Shown here in pieces: positions 40,267 to 49,767 of a stretch of 64,000 nucleotides of DNA. This DNA comes from an uncultured Thermotogae bacterium (GTDB lineage: Bacteria; Bipolaricaulota; Bipolaricaulia; UBA7950; UBA9294): NCBI GenBank assembly GCA_964466035.1, contig CAYXLR010000003.1, positions 12,728 through 76,727 on the forward strand, written 5' to 3'. The position numbers and the translations under genes were made by a program. Each line of letters opens with the position of its first letter. Within the stretch, counting starts at the first letter, position 1. Under the pieces are notes generated by a model. That model was given only the letters and a program-made list of their open reading frames with translations, made no database searches and was not told the DNA's origin.

Positions 40267-40476
40267 GCGACTCACCTCCCGTCGACTCCGGGGTTCCTTC
40301 GGTACCTTACCCGTCGGCTCCGAGCCACGACGCCATCGAATGGCCGGGCGCATCGGGACATTTGGCCGTCGGTCGGAAGCGAACGAATCGGGTCACCAGC
40401 GGGTCAGACCAATGTCATCTTCGAACCGCGGTCCGGTCCCCTGCCCGAATCGGCACAAACCCTATCCTGTTGACAA

Positions 40477-43400
40477 ATGCAGGCGTGCCTGAGGGGATAC
40501 TGGGGGGCGGTCATCCTGTCCGCCCTCCTGATCGGTGTCTGTTGGCTGGCGGCTTCCGCCGTGGAGATCTCGGTCCTTTCCACGGCGAAGGAGGAGGCCC
40601 CCGGTTCGTTCGTCACCCACGTCTTCGCGGTGACGAACGACGGGCCTGCGGACGACACGTTCACGCTCGCGTTCGAGGCGCCGCCCGGTTGGGGCGTCCT
40701 CGGCGCGCCGGCCTCGATCGCCGTGGGAGGAGGCGCGGAGGAGACCCTGTTCGTCACCGTGACGATCCCTCCCGGTGCGCTCGCCGGCGCGTACGACGTC
40801 ACCCTGACCGCCACGTCGCAGGGTGACCCGTCCGCGATCGCGACCGCCGTCGCGCTCGTCATCGTCACGCCGACCCGCGAGATCGAACTCCTACCACCGA
40901 CCGGGACCGGCGTCGCACCGGGCGAGAGCGTCGAGTACGAGTTCGTCCTGATCAACCGCGGCAACGCGCAGGATTCGTTCTCGCTCGCGGCGTCCTCGTC
41001 CGAGCGCCTGACGATCGGTCTCTCCCCGACGTCCGTCGATCTGGCGCCGCAGGAGCGGGTCACGGTTCGCGTCCGACTCGACGTCCCGATCGACACGCCC
41101 CCCGGCCCGGACGTTCTGACCGTCACCGCCGTCTCGACCCTGTACGAGGGCGTCGAGGCCGAAGCGACCGTCTCCACCACGATCCTTCCCCCCGGCCCGG
41201 AGCGCGTCGGCGGGACGTTGATGGAGATCCTTCCCGCGCGGATACGCCTCTCGCTCGACAAGGACGTCCTGACGGGGGAGTTCTCGAGCCGGTTGACGTT
41301 CTCCGCCTCCGGCCAGATTCGGAACGGCTTCTTCTCCTCGAACCTGAGCCTCGACGACCCGCTCGGGACCGATCCGCTCGAGGTCGGCTCGTTCTCGATC
41401 CTCTACCGACGGAGCCCTACGACGTACACGATCGGAAACGTCTCGCAGCGACTGACCGATCTGATCCGCCTTTCCTGCCGCGGCGGCTCGGTCGTGATCG
41501 ACGAGGACCTGTTCGACCTGGCGGTCATCGGCGGCGGCTCGGACGACGAGACGCGGTTCGCCGGGCGCGTCGCGCTCGGGCCCGACGAGGCGAACCTCGC
41601 GATCGCCTACCTCGGGATCCGCGACCCGGCGCCGACGTACAAGTCGGTCTGGAGCGCGATGGCGAGCGCCGAGCCGCTCGAGGATTGGACGATCCGAATC
41701 GAGGGGAGCCTCGGCATCGACGGGCCCCTCTCCAGCCGCGCCGTCTTCTTCGGCACGGAGATCGACGCCTCCGGCTTCTTCTTCAGTGGGACGGCCTTCT
41801 CCGTCGGGACCCACTTCCCCGGTTCGCGGGCGGACTCGGCGGGGATCGAGGCTTCCTACCGGCTCCGGCTGCAGGCGCTCTCCCTCAGCGTGTCGCTCGC
41901 CCACGTCTGGGACAACGTTATCCGCGACCCCCTCGTCGACGCGCTGATCGAGGACGAGCTCGGGTTCAATCTCAGGACGACCCCGCTCGCGGACGGCCCG
42001 ACGCTCAGCTCGACGGTCGAGTTCACGTGGGACCGATACCCGGACCTCGGCGCGAAGAGCGAGATCGACACGCTCTTCGCCGTCAGCGTCACCGAGACCG
42101 CCGGGGTCTTCCCCTACGCGTTCTCGGGAAAGATCATCGACCAGATCGATCACGTTCTCGACACCCACGTCCGCCGGTCGACGTTCAGCGAGGGGGCCGG
42201 GCTGTCGGTCGACTCGCTCTACCTCTTCCTCCAGTTGACGCAGGAGAAGCGGGTCGACGTGGTCACCGACCTCGTCCTGTCTTCCTCCTCGGACGTCAGC
42301 TTGCGGTTCCGACCCGAAGGGTCGTTGCACGAGGCGTCGATCGCGTTCGGGAACACGCTCGACGAGTTCGACCTGTCCGCCTCGCTCTACATCCGGTTCG
42401 TCGAGGACCTCGACATCGTGTTCGACGGCTCCGTCTCGTGGGACCGCGTCGACTCGACGTCCGTCTCGTTCGGTTGGGGGATCTCCCTGAACGCGAACGT
42501 CGACGTCCCAATCCCCTTCTTCGTCACGAGAGGGCGGATCGAAGGGCGCGCGTTCATCGATCGAGACGGAGACGGGTTGTACGGCCTCTACGATCGCCCG
42601 CTTGACGGGATCGTCATCGAGGCCGACGGCGGCGAGGCGTCGACGAACGCCGATGGTCGGTTCCGATTCGCGCCGTTCTATCCCAAGACGTACACGCTGA
42701 CCGTCAGCCGGCTCCCGGCCGACGCGAAGGCCGGCGACCCGATCGACGTCGAGCTTCCCGCCGGCGCGACCGTCTGGGTGGACGTCCCGTTGACGCCGGT
42801 CGTCGTCGTCTCCGGGAGGCTGTTCGACGACGAAAACCAGGACGGGATCGCGGGAGCGGACGAAGGAGGCTTCGCGCAGGTCCGCGTCCTGCTGCGCGAC
42901 GAGGCGGACGTCGTCGCCGACGCGCGCACCGACCTGACCGGTGGATTCAGCTTCACGGACGTGCTGCCGGGGCGGTACACGGTCGCGTTCGACGCCGAGA
43001 CCCTCCCCGACCGTTTCGCCTTCACCACCGCCGAGGAAGCGGAAATCGACGTCGAGGCCGAGGCCCCGCCGACGATCCTCTTCGGGGGGTTCATCCGACC
43101 GCGCGACGTCATCGTCACCTTCCAGCCACCGACGGCCGACTTCGCCTTCTCCCCTGCGGCGCCGGCTGCGGGGGGGGCGATCACGTTCGACGGGACGGCC
43201 TCGTTCGATTTCGACGGCGAGATCGTGGCCCACGCGTGGGACTTCGACGGCGACGGCGAGCCCGACGCGACCGAGGTCGTCGCGGAGCACACGTTCTCCG
43301 AGCCGGGAATCCACGACGTCTCCCTCACCGTGGTCGACGACAGCGGAAACGCCGACATGATCACCCGGCCGATCGAGGTGCGCGGAGAGGACGCCGAGGC

Positions 43401-44277
43401 CACACGACCGAGCGGCGTCTCGACGTTCCAGCCGCCGATCGCCGACTTCGCGTTCATGCCAGCTTCGCCGATCGCCGGCGACGCGGTCCAGTTCGACGGG
43501 ACCCTCTCGTCCGACTTCGACGGCGAGATCGTCGCCTACGCATGGGACTTCGACGGCGACGGCGAGCCCGACGCGTCGGGCTCGGTCGCGGAGCACGCGT
43601 TCGCCGAACCCGGGGTCTACGCCGTCTCCCTCACCGTCACCGACGACGCCGGGAACATCGACACCGTCACCCTTTCGATCGAGATCGGCGGGGACGCGGA
43701 CGACGAACCCGGAAGCGGCCTCCCGATCGCCGGATTCCGGCGGTCTCCGACCGAGCCGATCGCCGGGGAGCCGATCCTGTTCAACGGAACGACATCGATC
43801 GATCCGGACGGCCAAATCGTCTCCTTCGCCTGGGACTTCGACGGCGACGGAGCGGTCGACTCGACGGCGCCGATCGCCGAACACACGTACGACGAAGCCG
43901 GCACCTACACCGTTTCGCTCACCGTCACCGACGACGGCGGGAACGCGAGCACGACCGCCGAGACGTTCACCGTCGCTGCGCCGCCCGAGGCGCCGCACGA
44001 ACCCGTTTCCATCCAACCGCCGATCGCCGATTTCGCCTACATGCCCGCCGCTCCGAGTCCCGGCGATCCCGTCCTGTTCAACGGGACGTTCTCGTCCGAC
44101 TTCGACGGCGAGATCGTCGGCTACGCGTGGGATTTCGACGGCGACGGCACGATCGACTCGACCGATCCGGTCGCCGAGCACCGGTTCGCCGCGCCCGGGA
44201 CCTACCCCGTCTCGCTCACCGTCACCGACGACGGGGGGAACGCCGACACGATCACGATCTCGATCGACGTCGAGTGA
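40477..44277 (+). CDS. Large secreted protein: two N-terminal NEW3/CARDB-like domains, central beta-rich region, four C-terminal PKD domains
   Basis: Signal/TM N-terminus. Two NEW3-like domains (VFAVTNDGPADDTFTLAFEAPPGW...). Four PKD units each with WDFDGDG...HxF..pG.Y.VsLTVTDD.GN. Confidence 0.7.
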   Translation: MQACLRGYWGAVILSALLIGVCWLAASAVEISVLSTAKEEAPGSFVTHVFAVTNDGPADDTFTLAFEAPPGWGVLGAPASIAVGGGAEETLFVTVTIPPGALAGAYDVTLTATSQGDPSAIATAVALVIVTPTREIELLPPTGTGVAPGESVEYEFVLINRGNAQDSFSLAASSSERLTIGLSPTSVDLAPQERVTVRVRLDVPIDTPPGPDVLTVTAVSTLYEGVEAEATVSTTILPPGPERVGGTLMEILPARIRLSLDKDVLTGEFSSRLTFSASGQIRNGFFSSNLSLDDPLGTDPLEVGSFSILYRRSPTTYTIGNVSQRLTDLIRLSCRGGSVVIDEDLFDLAVIGGGSDDETRFAGRVALGPDEANLAIAYLGIRDPAPTYKSVWSAMASAEPLEDWTIRIEGSLGIDGPLSSRAVFFGTEIDASGFFFSGTAFSVGTHFPGSRADSAGIEASYRLRLQALSLSVSLAHVWDNVIRDPLVDALIEDELGFNLRTTPLADGPTLSSTVEFTWDRYPDLGAKSEIDTLFAVSVTETAGVFPYAFSGKIIDQIDHVLDTHVRRSTFSEGAGLSVDSLYLFLQLTQEKRVDVVTDLVLSSSSDVSLRFRPEGSLHEASIAFGNTLDEFDLSASLYIRFVEDLDIVFDGSVSWDRVDSTSVSFGWGISLNANVDVPIPFFVTRGRIEGRAFIDRDGDGLYGLYDRPLDGIVIEADGGEASTNADGRFRFAPFYPKTYTLTVSRLPADAKAGDPIDVELPAGATVWVDVPLTPVVVVSGRLFDDENQDGIAGADEGGFAQVRVLLRDEADVVADARTDLTGGFSFTDVLPGRYTVAFDAETLPDRFAFTTAEEAEIDVEAEAPPTILFGGFIRPRDVIVTFQPPTADFAFSPAAPAAGGAITFDGTASFDFDGEIVAHAWDFDGDGEPDATEVVAEHTFSEPGIHDVSLTVVDDSGNADMITRPIEVRGEDAEATRPSGVSTFQPPIADFAFMPASPIAGDAVQFDGTLSSDFDGEIVAYAWDFDGDGEPDASGSVAEHAFAEPGVYAVSLTVTDDAGNIDTVTLSIEIGGDADDEPGSGLPIAGFRRSPTEPIAGEPILFNGTTSIDPDGQIVSFAWDFDGDGAVDSTAPIAEHTYDEAGTYTVSLTVTDDGGNASTTAETFTVAAPPEAPHEPVSIQPPIADFAYMPAAPSPGDPVLFNGTFSSDFDGEIVGYAWDFDGDGTIDSTDPVAEHRFAAPGTYPVSLTVTDDGGNADTITISIDVE
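43129..44277 (+). repeat. Four tandem repeats of about 290 bp encoding PKD domains (DNA-level identity high enough to see, e.g. TGGGACTTCGACGGCGACGG x4)
   Basis: Repeat cores at about 43235, 43540, 43830 and 44130. Confidence 0.6.
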
Positions 44278-44330
44278 CGCCGCCCCTCTCTCCCCAGAAG
44301 CTGCACGAATTGCAGAAGTGCCCTAAGCAA

Positions 44331-44360
44331 TCGGCGTTTCTTGACACCCCGTCGATCCCC
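44331..44360 (+). promoter_or_regulatory. Sigma70-like promoter candidate for the mbh operon (TTGACA-N18-TAACAT), preceded by palindrome CTGCACGAATTGCAG
   Basis: Seen about 80 nt upstream of mbhA. Spacer is 18 nt. The palindrome at about 44300-44315 could be an operator. Confidence 0.35.
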
Positions 44361-44440
44361 CCGGTAACATAAGCCGGCTCGACGGGAAAGACAGTTCAAC
44401 CGCTGATTCCGTCGGGAATTGTTCTATCGGGAGGGTGGGA

Positions 44441-44965
44441 ATGCTCGCAACTCTGATCACTGCCGGCGTTGCTTTCGTCTTCTACCTTCTGCTGACGTTC
44501 GGAAGCGGAACGGTGGGGGTCTGGAGCATCGAAGAACTGATCACCGGGGCGATCCTTTCCCTCGTCGCCGGGCTGATCGCCGGGCGGGTCGCGGTGCGTC
44601 GAGAAGAAGGAGGAAGGGGTCATCCGCTGAGGATGCTCAACCCCCTACGGATCCTGCTGTTCCTGGCGTATCTCGTGGGGCCTTTCTTTTTCGCCATGGC
44701 CAAGGCGAATCTCGACGTCGCGTACCGCGTCATCACCGGAAGGATCCGCCCGGGGATCGTCCGACTGAAGCCCGGTCTGAGCACCGACCTCGGAGTCACG
44801 CTGCTCGCGAATTCGATCACGCTCACGCCGGGGACGCTGTCGGTCGACGTCGACGAGGAGAACAGGGATCTGTACGTACACTGGATCAACGTCACCGATC
44901 CGGAGCCGTCCGCCAAGGCAGTCTGCGGATCGTTCCCGGACTGGGCAAGGAGGATCGCGGAATGA
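44441..44965 (+). CDS. mbhA: Membrane-bound hydrogenase subunit MbhA (MrpE/MnhE-like)
   Basis: MnhE-family membrane protein. GGGAGGG RBS. Confidence 0.7.
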   Translation: MLATLITAGVAFVFYLLLTFGSGTVGVWSIEELITGAILSLVAGLIAGRVAVRREEGGRGHPLRMLNPLRILLFLAYLVGPFFFAMAKANLDVAYRVITGRIRPGIVRLKPGLSTDLGVTLLANSITLTPGTLSVDVDEENRDLYVHWINVTDPEPSAKAVCGSFPDWARRIAE

Positions 44966-45228
44966 TCATCGACCCGATCACCTTCTTCGTCGTCGCGGCG
45001 TGTCTCGTGTTCTTCGCGCTGTTCTCGATGGTGCGAATCGGCCTCGGCCCGACCGCCGGAGACCGCGTCGTCGGGCTCGACACGCTGAACACGCTGGTCG
45101 TCTCCGCGATGGTCGTCTTGGGCGCGGCGTTCGACCAGGTCATCTTCATCGACGTAGCGATCATCTACGCGCTGCTCTCGTTCGTCGGAACGTTGTACAT
45201 CGCCCGGTACTTGGAGAGAGGGCTGTGA
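44962..45228 (+). CDS. mbhB: MbhB (MrpF/MnhF-like)
   Basis: 88-aa three-TM protein. ATGA overlap with the upstream gene. Confidence 0.7.
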   Translation: MIIDPITFFVVAACLVFFALFSMVRIGLGPTAGDRVVGLDTLNTLVVSAMVVLGAAFDQVIFIDVAIIYALLSFVGTLYIARYLERGL

Positions 45229-45563
45229 TGCACATCCTCTTGTACGTCCTGTTCGGTATCGGGGTCGCCTTCAACGGGCTGGGCGCGCTGGCCTTGCTCC
45301 GGTTTCCCGACGTCTACACGCGATTGCACGGTGCGACCAAGTGCACGACGTTCGGCTCGATCTTCACCGCAGCCGCGGTGATTGCGTACGGCTTCGCGCG
45401 CGGTGGGACGACGTACCACACGTTGGCCATCCACGCGATCGTCGCGCTGCTCGCCCTGCTGATCACCAATCCGACCGGCTCCCACGCGATCGCGCGCGCG
45501 TCGTACCGGAGCGGGATCAAGCCGAAGGGGGCGGTCGTGGACAAATTGGAGGACCGATCATGA
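45228..45563 (+). CDS. mbhC: MbhC (MrpG/MnhG-like)
   Basis: 112 aa. TGATG overlap. Confidence 0.7.
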   Translation: MHILLYVLFGIGVAFNGLGALALLRFPDVYTRLHGATKCTTFGSIFTAAAVIAYGFARGGTTYHTLAIHAIVALLALLITNPTGSHAIARASYRSGIKPKGAVVDKLEDRS

Positions 45564-45811
45564 TCGTGCAGAGCGTTCTTCACGTCATCGTCCTCGTGCT
45601 GATCGCGGTCGGCGGGGCGCTCGCGGTCTGGTTCAAGGATCTCATCTCCTCGGTGCTGGCCCTCGCGGCCGCGAGCCTGCTGGTAGCGCTCGAGTTCTAC
45701 ATGCTGCAAGCGCCCGACGTCGCGATCGCCGAGGCCGGAATCGGGGCCGCCCTGACCACGGCGATCTACGTGATCGCGGTGCGACGCACGCGGAGAAAGG
45801 AGGAGGAATGA
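45560..45811 (+). CDS. mbhD: MbhD (small MnhB-related membrane subunit)
   Basis: 83 aa, two TM. ATGA overlap. Confidence 0.6.
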   Translation: MIVQSVLHVIVLVLIAVGGALAVWFKDLISSVLALAAASLLVALEFYMLQAPDVAIAEAGIGAALTTAIYVIAVRRTRRKEEE

Positions 45812-46083
45812 GAAAGGCCGCCGTTCTTGTCGCGTTCCTGTTCGTCGGCGCGTTCCTCCTGCTGGCCGCGACGTCGATGCGGCCGTTCGGTGAGCCGTCG
45901 TTCGCCGACATGGACGACTACTTCATCGCCAACACGCAGGTCGAGGTCGCCGCGAACAACGTGGTGACGGCCGTCGTCTTCGATTACCGCGGATTCGACA
46001 CCCTCGGCGAGGCGACCGTCCTGTTCGCCGCCGTCGTCGGCGTTCTGGCGCTGTTCCGGAAGCTACGGGAGGACGAGGTATGA
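45808..46083 (+). CDS. mbhE: MbhE (DUF4040/MnhB N-terminal-domain-like)
   Basis: 91 aa. ATGA overlap. Confidence 0.6.
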   Translation: MRKAAVLVAFLFVGAFLLLAATSMRPFGEPSFADMDDYFIANTQVEVAANNVVTAVVFDYRGFDTLGEATVLFAAVVGVLALFRKLREDEV

Positions 46084-46550
46084 ACACCGGAATGTCCATC
46101 ATCGTCCGAACGATCACGCGGCTCGTCTACGGGCTGGCGCTCGTCTTCGGCTTCTACGTGATCATGCACGGCCACCTGACGCCGGGCGGGGGGTTCCAAG
46201 GCGGCGCCGTCGTCGCGAGCGCGTTCGCCCTCCTTCTCGTCGCGTTCGGCGCCGCGGGGATCAAGGGCCACCTGAATCAGCATCTGCTTCAGACGCTCGA
46301 GGAGATCGGCGCGCTGGCGTTCCTGGCACTCGGATTCGTGGGAATCGGCACCGCGTTCTTCTACAACCTGCTCGCCAATTCCGGTCCGCTGTTCGGCGGT
46401 TCGGTCCCGATCGGACCGAGCGCCGGCGTGTTCAACGCCGCCGGGACGCTTCCGCTGATGAACTGGGCGGTCGGGCTGAAGGTGATGACCGGGATCGCGG
46501 CCGTCGTCATCGTGATGCTCGTCGGAGCTCGAAAGGAGGAGACCGAATGA
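46080..46550 (+). CDS. mbhF: MbhF (MnhB-like)
   Basis: 156 aa, four TM. GxFQGG motif ([10 protein letters not shown]). Confidence 0.65.
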   Translation: MNTGMSIIVRTITRLVYGLALVFGFYVIMHGHLTPGGGFQGGAVVASAFALLLVAFGAAGIKGHLNQHLLQTLEEIGALAFLALGFVGIGTAFFYNLLANSGPLFGGSVPIGPSAGVFNAAGTLPLMNWAVGLKVMTGIAAVVIVMLVGARKEETE

Positions 46551-46897
46551 ACATCGGGAACCTCCCGTTCGTCGTCGCGGCGCTTCTGGTCGTGTTCGGA
46601 ATCTACACGTTCTTGTTCAAGCGCAATCTGATCAAGCTCGTGATCGGGGTCTCGCTCGTCGAGACCGGCGTCAACCTGTTCCTGGTGACGCTCGGATACC
46701 GAACCGGCGGCATCGCGCCGATCTGGACGTTCGCCCCGGAGGCGGAGCGGATGGTCCTGCCGACGCCCCAGGCGTTGACGCTGACGAGCATCGTCATCGG
46801 CCTGGCGACGACGGCGCTCCTCCTCTCCTTCGCGGTGTTCATCCACCGCCACTACGGGACGCTCGACGTTCGGAAAGTAAAGGAGCTCCGAGGATGA
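46547..46897 (+). CDS. mbhG: MbhG (MrpC/NuoK-like)
   Basis: 116 aa, three TM. NuoK/MnhC family (LVETGVNLFLV). Confidence 0.7.
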   Translation: MNIGNLPFVVAALLVVFGIYTFLFKRNLIKLVIGVSLVETGVNLFLVTLGYRTGGIAPIWTFAPEAERMVLPTPQALTLTSIVIGLATTALLLSFAVFIHRHYGTLDVRKVKELRG

Positions 46898-48453
46898 CCG
46901 CACTGACGAATCACGCACCCGTGCTCCTGATCGCGATCCCACTGCTCGGAGCGTTCGCCGTTCCGCTCATCGGGAAGCTCGGTCGGACGGCGCGGAACAC
47001 GTTTGTCGGATTCATCGCGGCGATCACCGCGGCGTTCGCCGGCCTCCTCGCTGCGAGCGTGTTCGGCCAGGCCGGCGCTCCGAGCCTGTACGTGCTCGGC
47101 GGGCACGGCTTCGCCGTCCCGCTCCCATCGGGGATGAGCGTTCCGATTCGGATCCTCCTCGAAGTCGACGGGATGGGCGCGTTCATGGCCCTGATCACCG
47201 CGCTGATCACGCTGACCGGCGCCTTCTTCTCCTTCTCGTACTGGAAGGGGCGTTCCGGCGGGACGCTGTTCTACTCCCTGCTGATGCTCCTCACCGCGGG
47301 GATCTTCGGGATGGAGCTGACCGGCGACATGTTCAACTTCTTCGTCTTCCTGGAGGTCACGTCGATCGCCGCCTGCGGCCTGATCGGCTTCCGCGTCTGG
47401 CTGAAGACCTCGCAGGAAGCCGGATTCAAGGTGATGGCGCTGTACACGCTGTCCGGTCTGTTCGTCCTCCTCGCCGTCGGACTGCTGTACGGGCAGTACG
47501 GCGGGCTGAACATCGCGTACCTCGCGGGCGCGTTGACCGGGAGCACGATCGACATCGTCGCCCTCGGGCTGCTCCTCACCGGTCTGGCGCTGAAGGCCGG
47601 CGCGGTGCCGCTGCACATGTGGGCGCCGGACGCGTACGGCGAGGCCCCGGCCCCGATGTCGGCGGTCCTCGTCGCCAACAGCCAGGCGAGCCTGTACGGG
47701 CTGTTTCGGGTGCTGTTCACGCTGTTCGGCCTGACGATCTCCGTCGCGGCGCTCGGGTGGATCCTGATCGTCCTGGCGCTGCTGACGATCTTCGTCGGGG
47801 TGACGATGGCCCTGATCCAGAACGACATCAAGCGGTTGATCGCCTACGGCGCCGTGTCGCAGATCGGGTACATGCTCCTCGGCGTCGGCGTCGGGCTCGC
47901 GGTGAGTGTCGCCAAGCCGGACTACGGCTTCGTCGCGATGCAGGGCGGGATCTTCCACATGCTGAACGACGCCGCGTGCATCGGCCTGTTGTTCTTCGCC
48001 AGCGGTGCGATCGTCCGCGCGACGGGGACACGGGATCTGAACCGAATGGGCGGGCTGGCGCACTCGATGAAGTGGACGAGCGTGTTGTTCCTCGTCGGCG
48101 CGTTCGCCCTCGCCGGCGTCCCGCCGTTCAACGGATTCGCTTCGAAGTTCCTGATCTACGAGGCGTCGTTCAAGCTGAGCCCGTTCCTGGCGGTGATCGC
48201 GATCCTGTCGAGCATCCTGTTGCTCGCGGTGTTCGTCAAGGTCTTCCAGGCCGCGTTCCTCGGAGCGAGGCAGGAGGGGCTCGGCGGCGAGGCCCCGATG
48301 GGGATGATGGTCCCGATGGTGGCGCTGGCCCTCGTGGTCGTCGCCTTCGGCCTCTTCCCCGGCTTCTTCGTCGACCGGATCGTCACACCGGCGGTGAACG
48401 CCTTGTGGTACGGTCGCGAAGCGTACATCGGGCTCGTTCTGGGAGGAGGATAA
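46894..48453 (+). CDS. mbhH: MbhH (MrpD/NuoL-like antiporter subunit)
   Basis: 519 aa. NuoL/M/N proton-pumping family (HMWAPDAYGEAPAPMSAVL). Confidence 0.8.
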   Translation: MTALTNHAPVLLIAIPLLGAFAVPLIGKLGRTARNTFVGFIAAITAAFAGLLAASVFGQAGAPSLYVLGGHGFAVPLPSGMSVPIRILLEVDGMGAFMALITALITLTGAFFSFSYWKGRSGGTLFYSLLMLLTAGIFGMELTGDMFNFFVFLEVTSIAACGLIGFRVWLKTSQEAGFKVMALYTLSGLFVLLAVGLLYGQYGGLNIAYLAGALTGSTIDIVALGLLLTGLALKAGAVPLHMWAPDAYGEAPAPMSAVLVANSQASLYGLFRVLFTLFGLTISVAALGWILIVLALLTIFVGVTMALIQNDIKRLIAYGAVSQIGYMLLGVGVGLAVSVAKPDYGFVAMQGGIFHMLNDAACIGLLFFASGAIVRATGTRDLNRMGGLAHSMKWTSVLFLVGAFALAGVPPFNGFASKFLIYEASFKLSPFLAVIAILSSILLLAVFVKVFQAAFLGARQEGLGGEAPMGMMVPMVALALVVVAFGLFPGFFVDRIVTPAVNALWYGREAYIGLVLGGG

Positions 48454-48455
48454 CG

Positions 48456-48797
48456 ATGAACGGAATCTCATCCGGTTTCGGCGCGTGGAATCCGATCGCC
48501 TGGGCGCTCCTGTTCCTCGGCGTCCTGGCGGTCGGCTTCGCCGTGCGCTCCCTCGGCAAGAAGAACTACAAGCGGGGGACCGGGCAGACGAAGGTCTTCC
48601 TCTCCGGAAACGAAGAGCCGGAGGACTCCGCGGCGTTGCACGTCCGCGGTCGGCACCTCTACTGGGGAATGGTCGAGGGCCTCTCCGGCTACTACCGACG
48701 GGTGCAGGCGCTCCACACCGGCGTTCTCAACGACTACGCCGCGTGGTTCGTCGGGGTGCTCGCCGTGGTCTTCGTGATCCTCGTACTGGCTAGGTGA
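48456..48797 (+). CDS. mbhI: MbhI (small membrane subunit)
   Basis: 113 aa with TM helices at both ends. GGAGGATAA RBS. The ORF is hidden inside a longer track ORF. Confidence 0.55.
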   Translation: MNGISSGFGAWNPIAWALLFLGVLAVGFAVRSLGKKNYKRGTGQTKVFLSGNEEPEDSAALHVRGRHLYWGMVEGLSGYYRRVQALHTGVLNDYAAWFVGVLAVVFVILVLAR

Positions 48798-49243
48798 GTG
48801 ATATGGCGCTACCACGATCGTTCAAGAAGGCGTTGTGGGTCTTCCACGTGGCCACGGGGTCCTGCAACGGGTGCGACATCGAGATCGTCGCCGCGCTGAC
48901 GCCGCGGTACGACACGGAACGGTTCGGAATCATGCTGACGGGAACGCCGCGGCACGCGGACGTCCTGTTGGTCACCGGCGGCGTCACACGGCCGATGCGC
49001 CCGCGGCTGAAGCGGATCTACGACCAGACGCCGGACCCGAAGGCGGTGATCGTCGTCGGCGGCTGCGGCGCGACCGGTGGCGTCTTCTACGAGTCGTACA
49101 ACATGGTCGGACCGGTCGACGAGGTGATCCCGGTCGACGTCTACGTCCCCGGCTGCCCGGCGCGACCCGAGGCGATCATCGACGGCATCGTCAAGGCGGT
49201 GGCCAAGCTCGAGACACTGGAGAAGACAGGGGTGAGCGGATGA
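48794..49243 (+). CDS. mbhJ: MbhJ: hydrogenase small subunit (NuoB-like, [4Fe-4S] proximal cluster)
   Basis: GSCNGCD...GGCGATGG...PGCPARP, the NuoB/Ech small-subunit Cys pattern. Confidence 0.85.
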   Translation: MSDMALPRSFKKALWVFHVATGSCNGCDIEIVAALTPRYDTERFGIMLTGTPRHADVLLVTGGVTRPMRPRLKRIYDQTPDPKAVIVVGGCGATGGVFYESYNMVGPVDEVIPVDVYVPGCPARPEAIIDGIVKAVAKLETLEKTGVSG

Positions 49244-49767
49244 ATCCAGAACAGATCCTCTCCTCCTTCAAGGAATCCCTGGGAGAGAAGGTCCTCGACG
49301 ATCGGACGGTCGAGAGGAAGGTCGGGACGGTCGCTCCGAAATCGGTGTACGACCTCTGGCTCACGGTCGACCGAAGCGATCTCCACGACGCGGTCGCCTA
49401 TCTGTGTGCGGAGTACAACCCGCACCTGACCGTGATCTCGGGCGACGATCTCGGCGACGACGTCGCGTTCAACTACCACTTCACGACCGGCTGGGGGGAG
49501 CGGTACGGCGAGGCGACCCTCACGATCCGGACCGTCGTGCCGAAGAACGACTTCCGACTCCCGACGATCTGCGATCTCCTTCCCGGAGCGCAGACATCGG
49601 AGCGGGAGAAGCACGAGTTCTTCGGACTGGAGGTCGAAGGGATCCCCGACGACCGGAACCTCTTCCTCCCCGAGGACATGACGATCCATCCGTGGCGGAA
49701 GGACCTCCAAGCGGAGACCGACAAGCAGGTCAAGCGGTTGGTGAAGTGGGAGGAGCGCGATGAATAA
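49240..49767 (+). CDS. mbhK: MbhK (NuoC-like 30 kDa subunit)
   Basis: NuoC family. ATGA overlap. Confidence 0.75.
   Translation: MNPEQILSSFKESLGEKVLDDRTVERKVGTVAPKSVYDLWLTVDRSDLHDAVAYLCAEYNPHLTVISGDDLGDDVAFNYHFTTGWGERYGEATLTIRTVVPKNDFRLPTICDLLPGAQTSEREKHEFFGLEVEGIPDDRNLFLPEDMTIHPWRKDLQAETDKQVKRLVKWEERDE

Noticed and set aside
40468-40473. TTGACA hexamer immediately upstream of the PKD-protein ATG as a promoter
   Set aside because: It is too close to the start codon to act as a -35 box for this gene unless the start is mis-called. There is no -10 at appropriate spacing outside the CDS.
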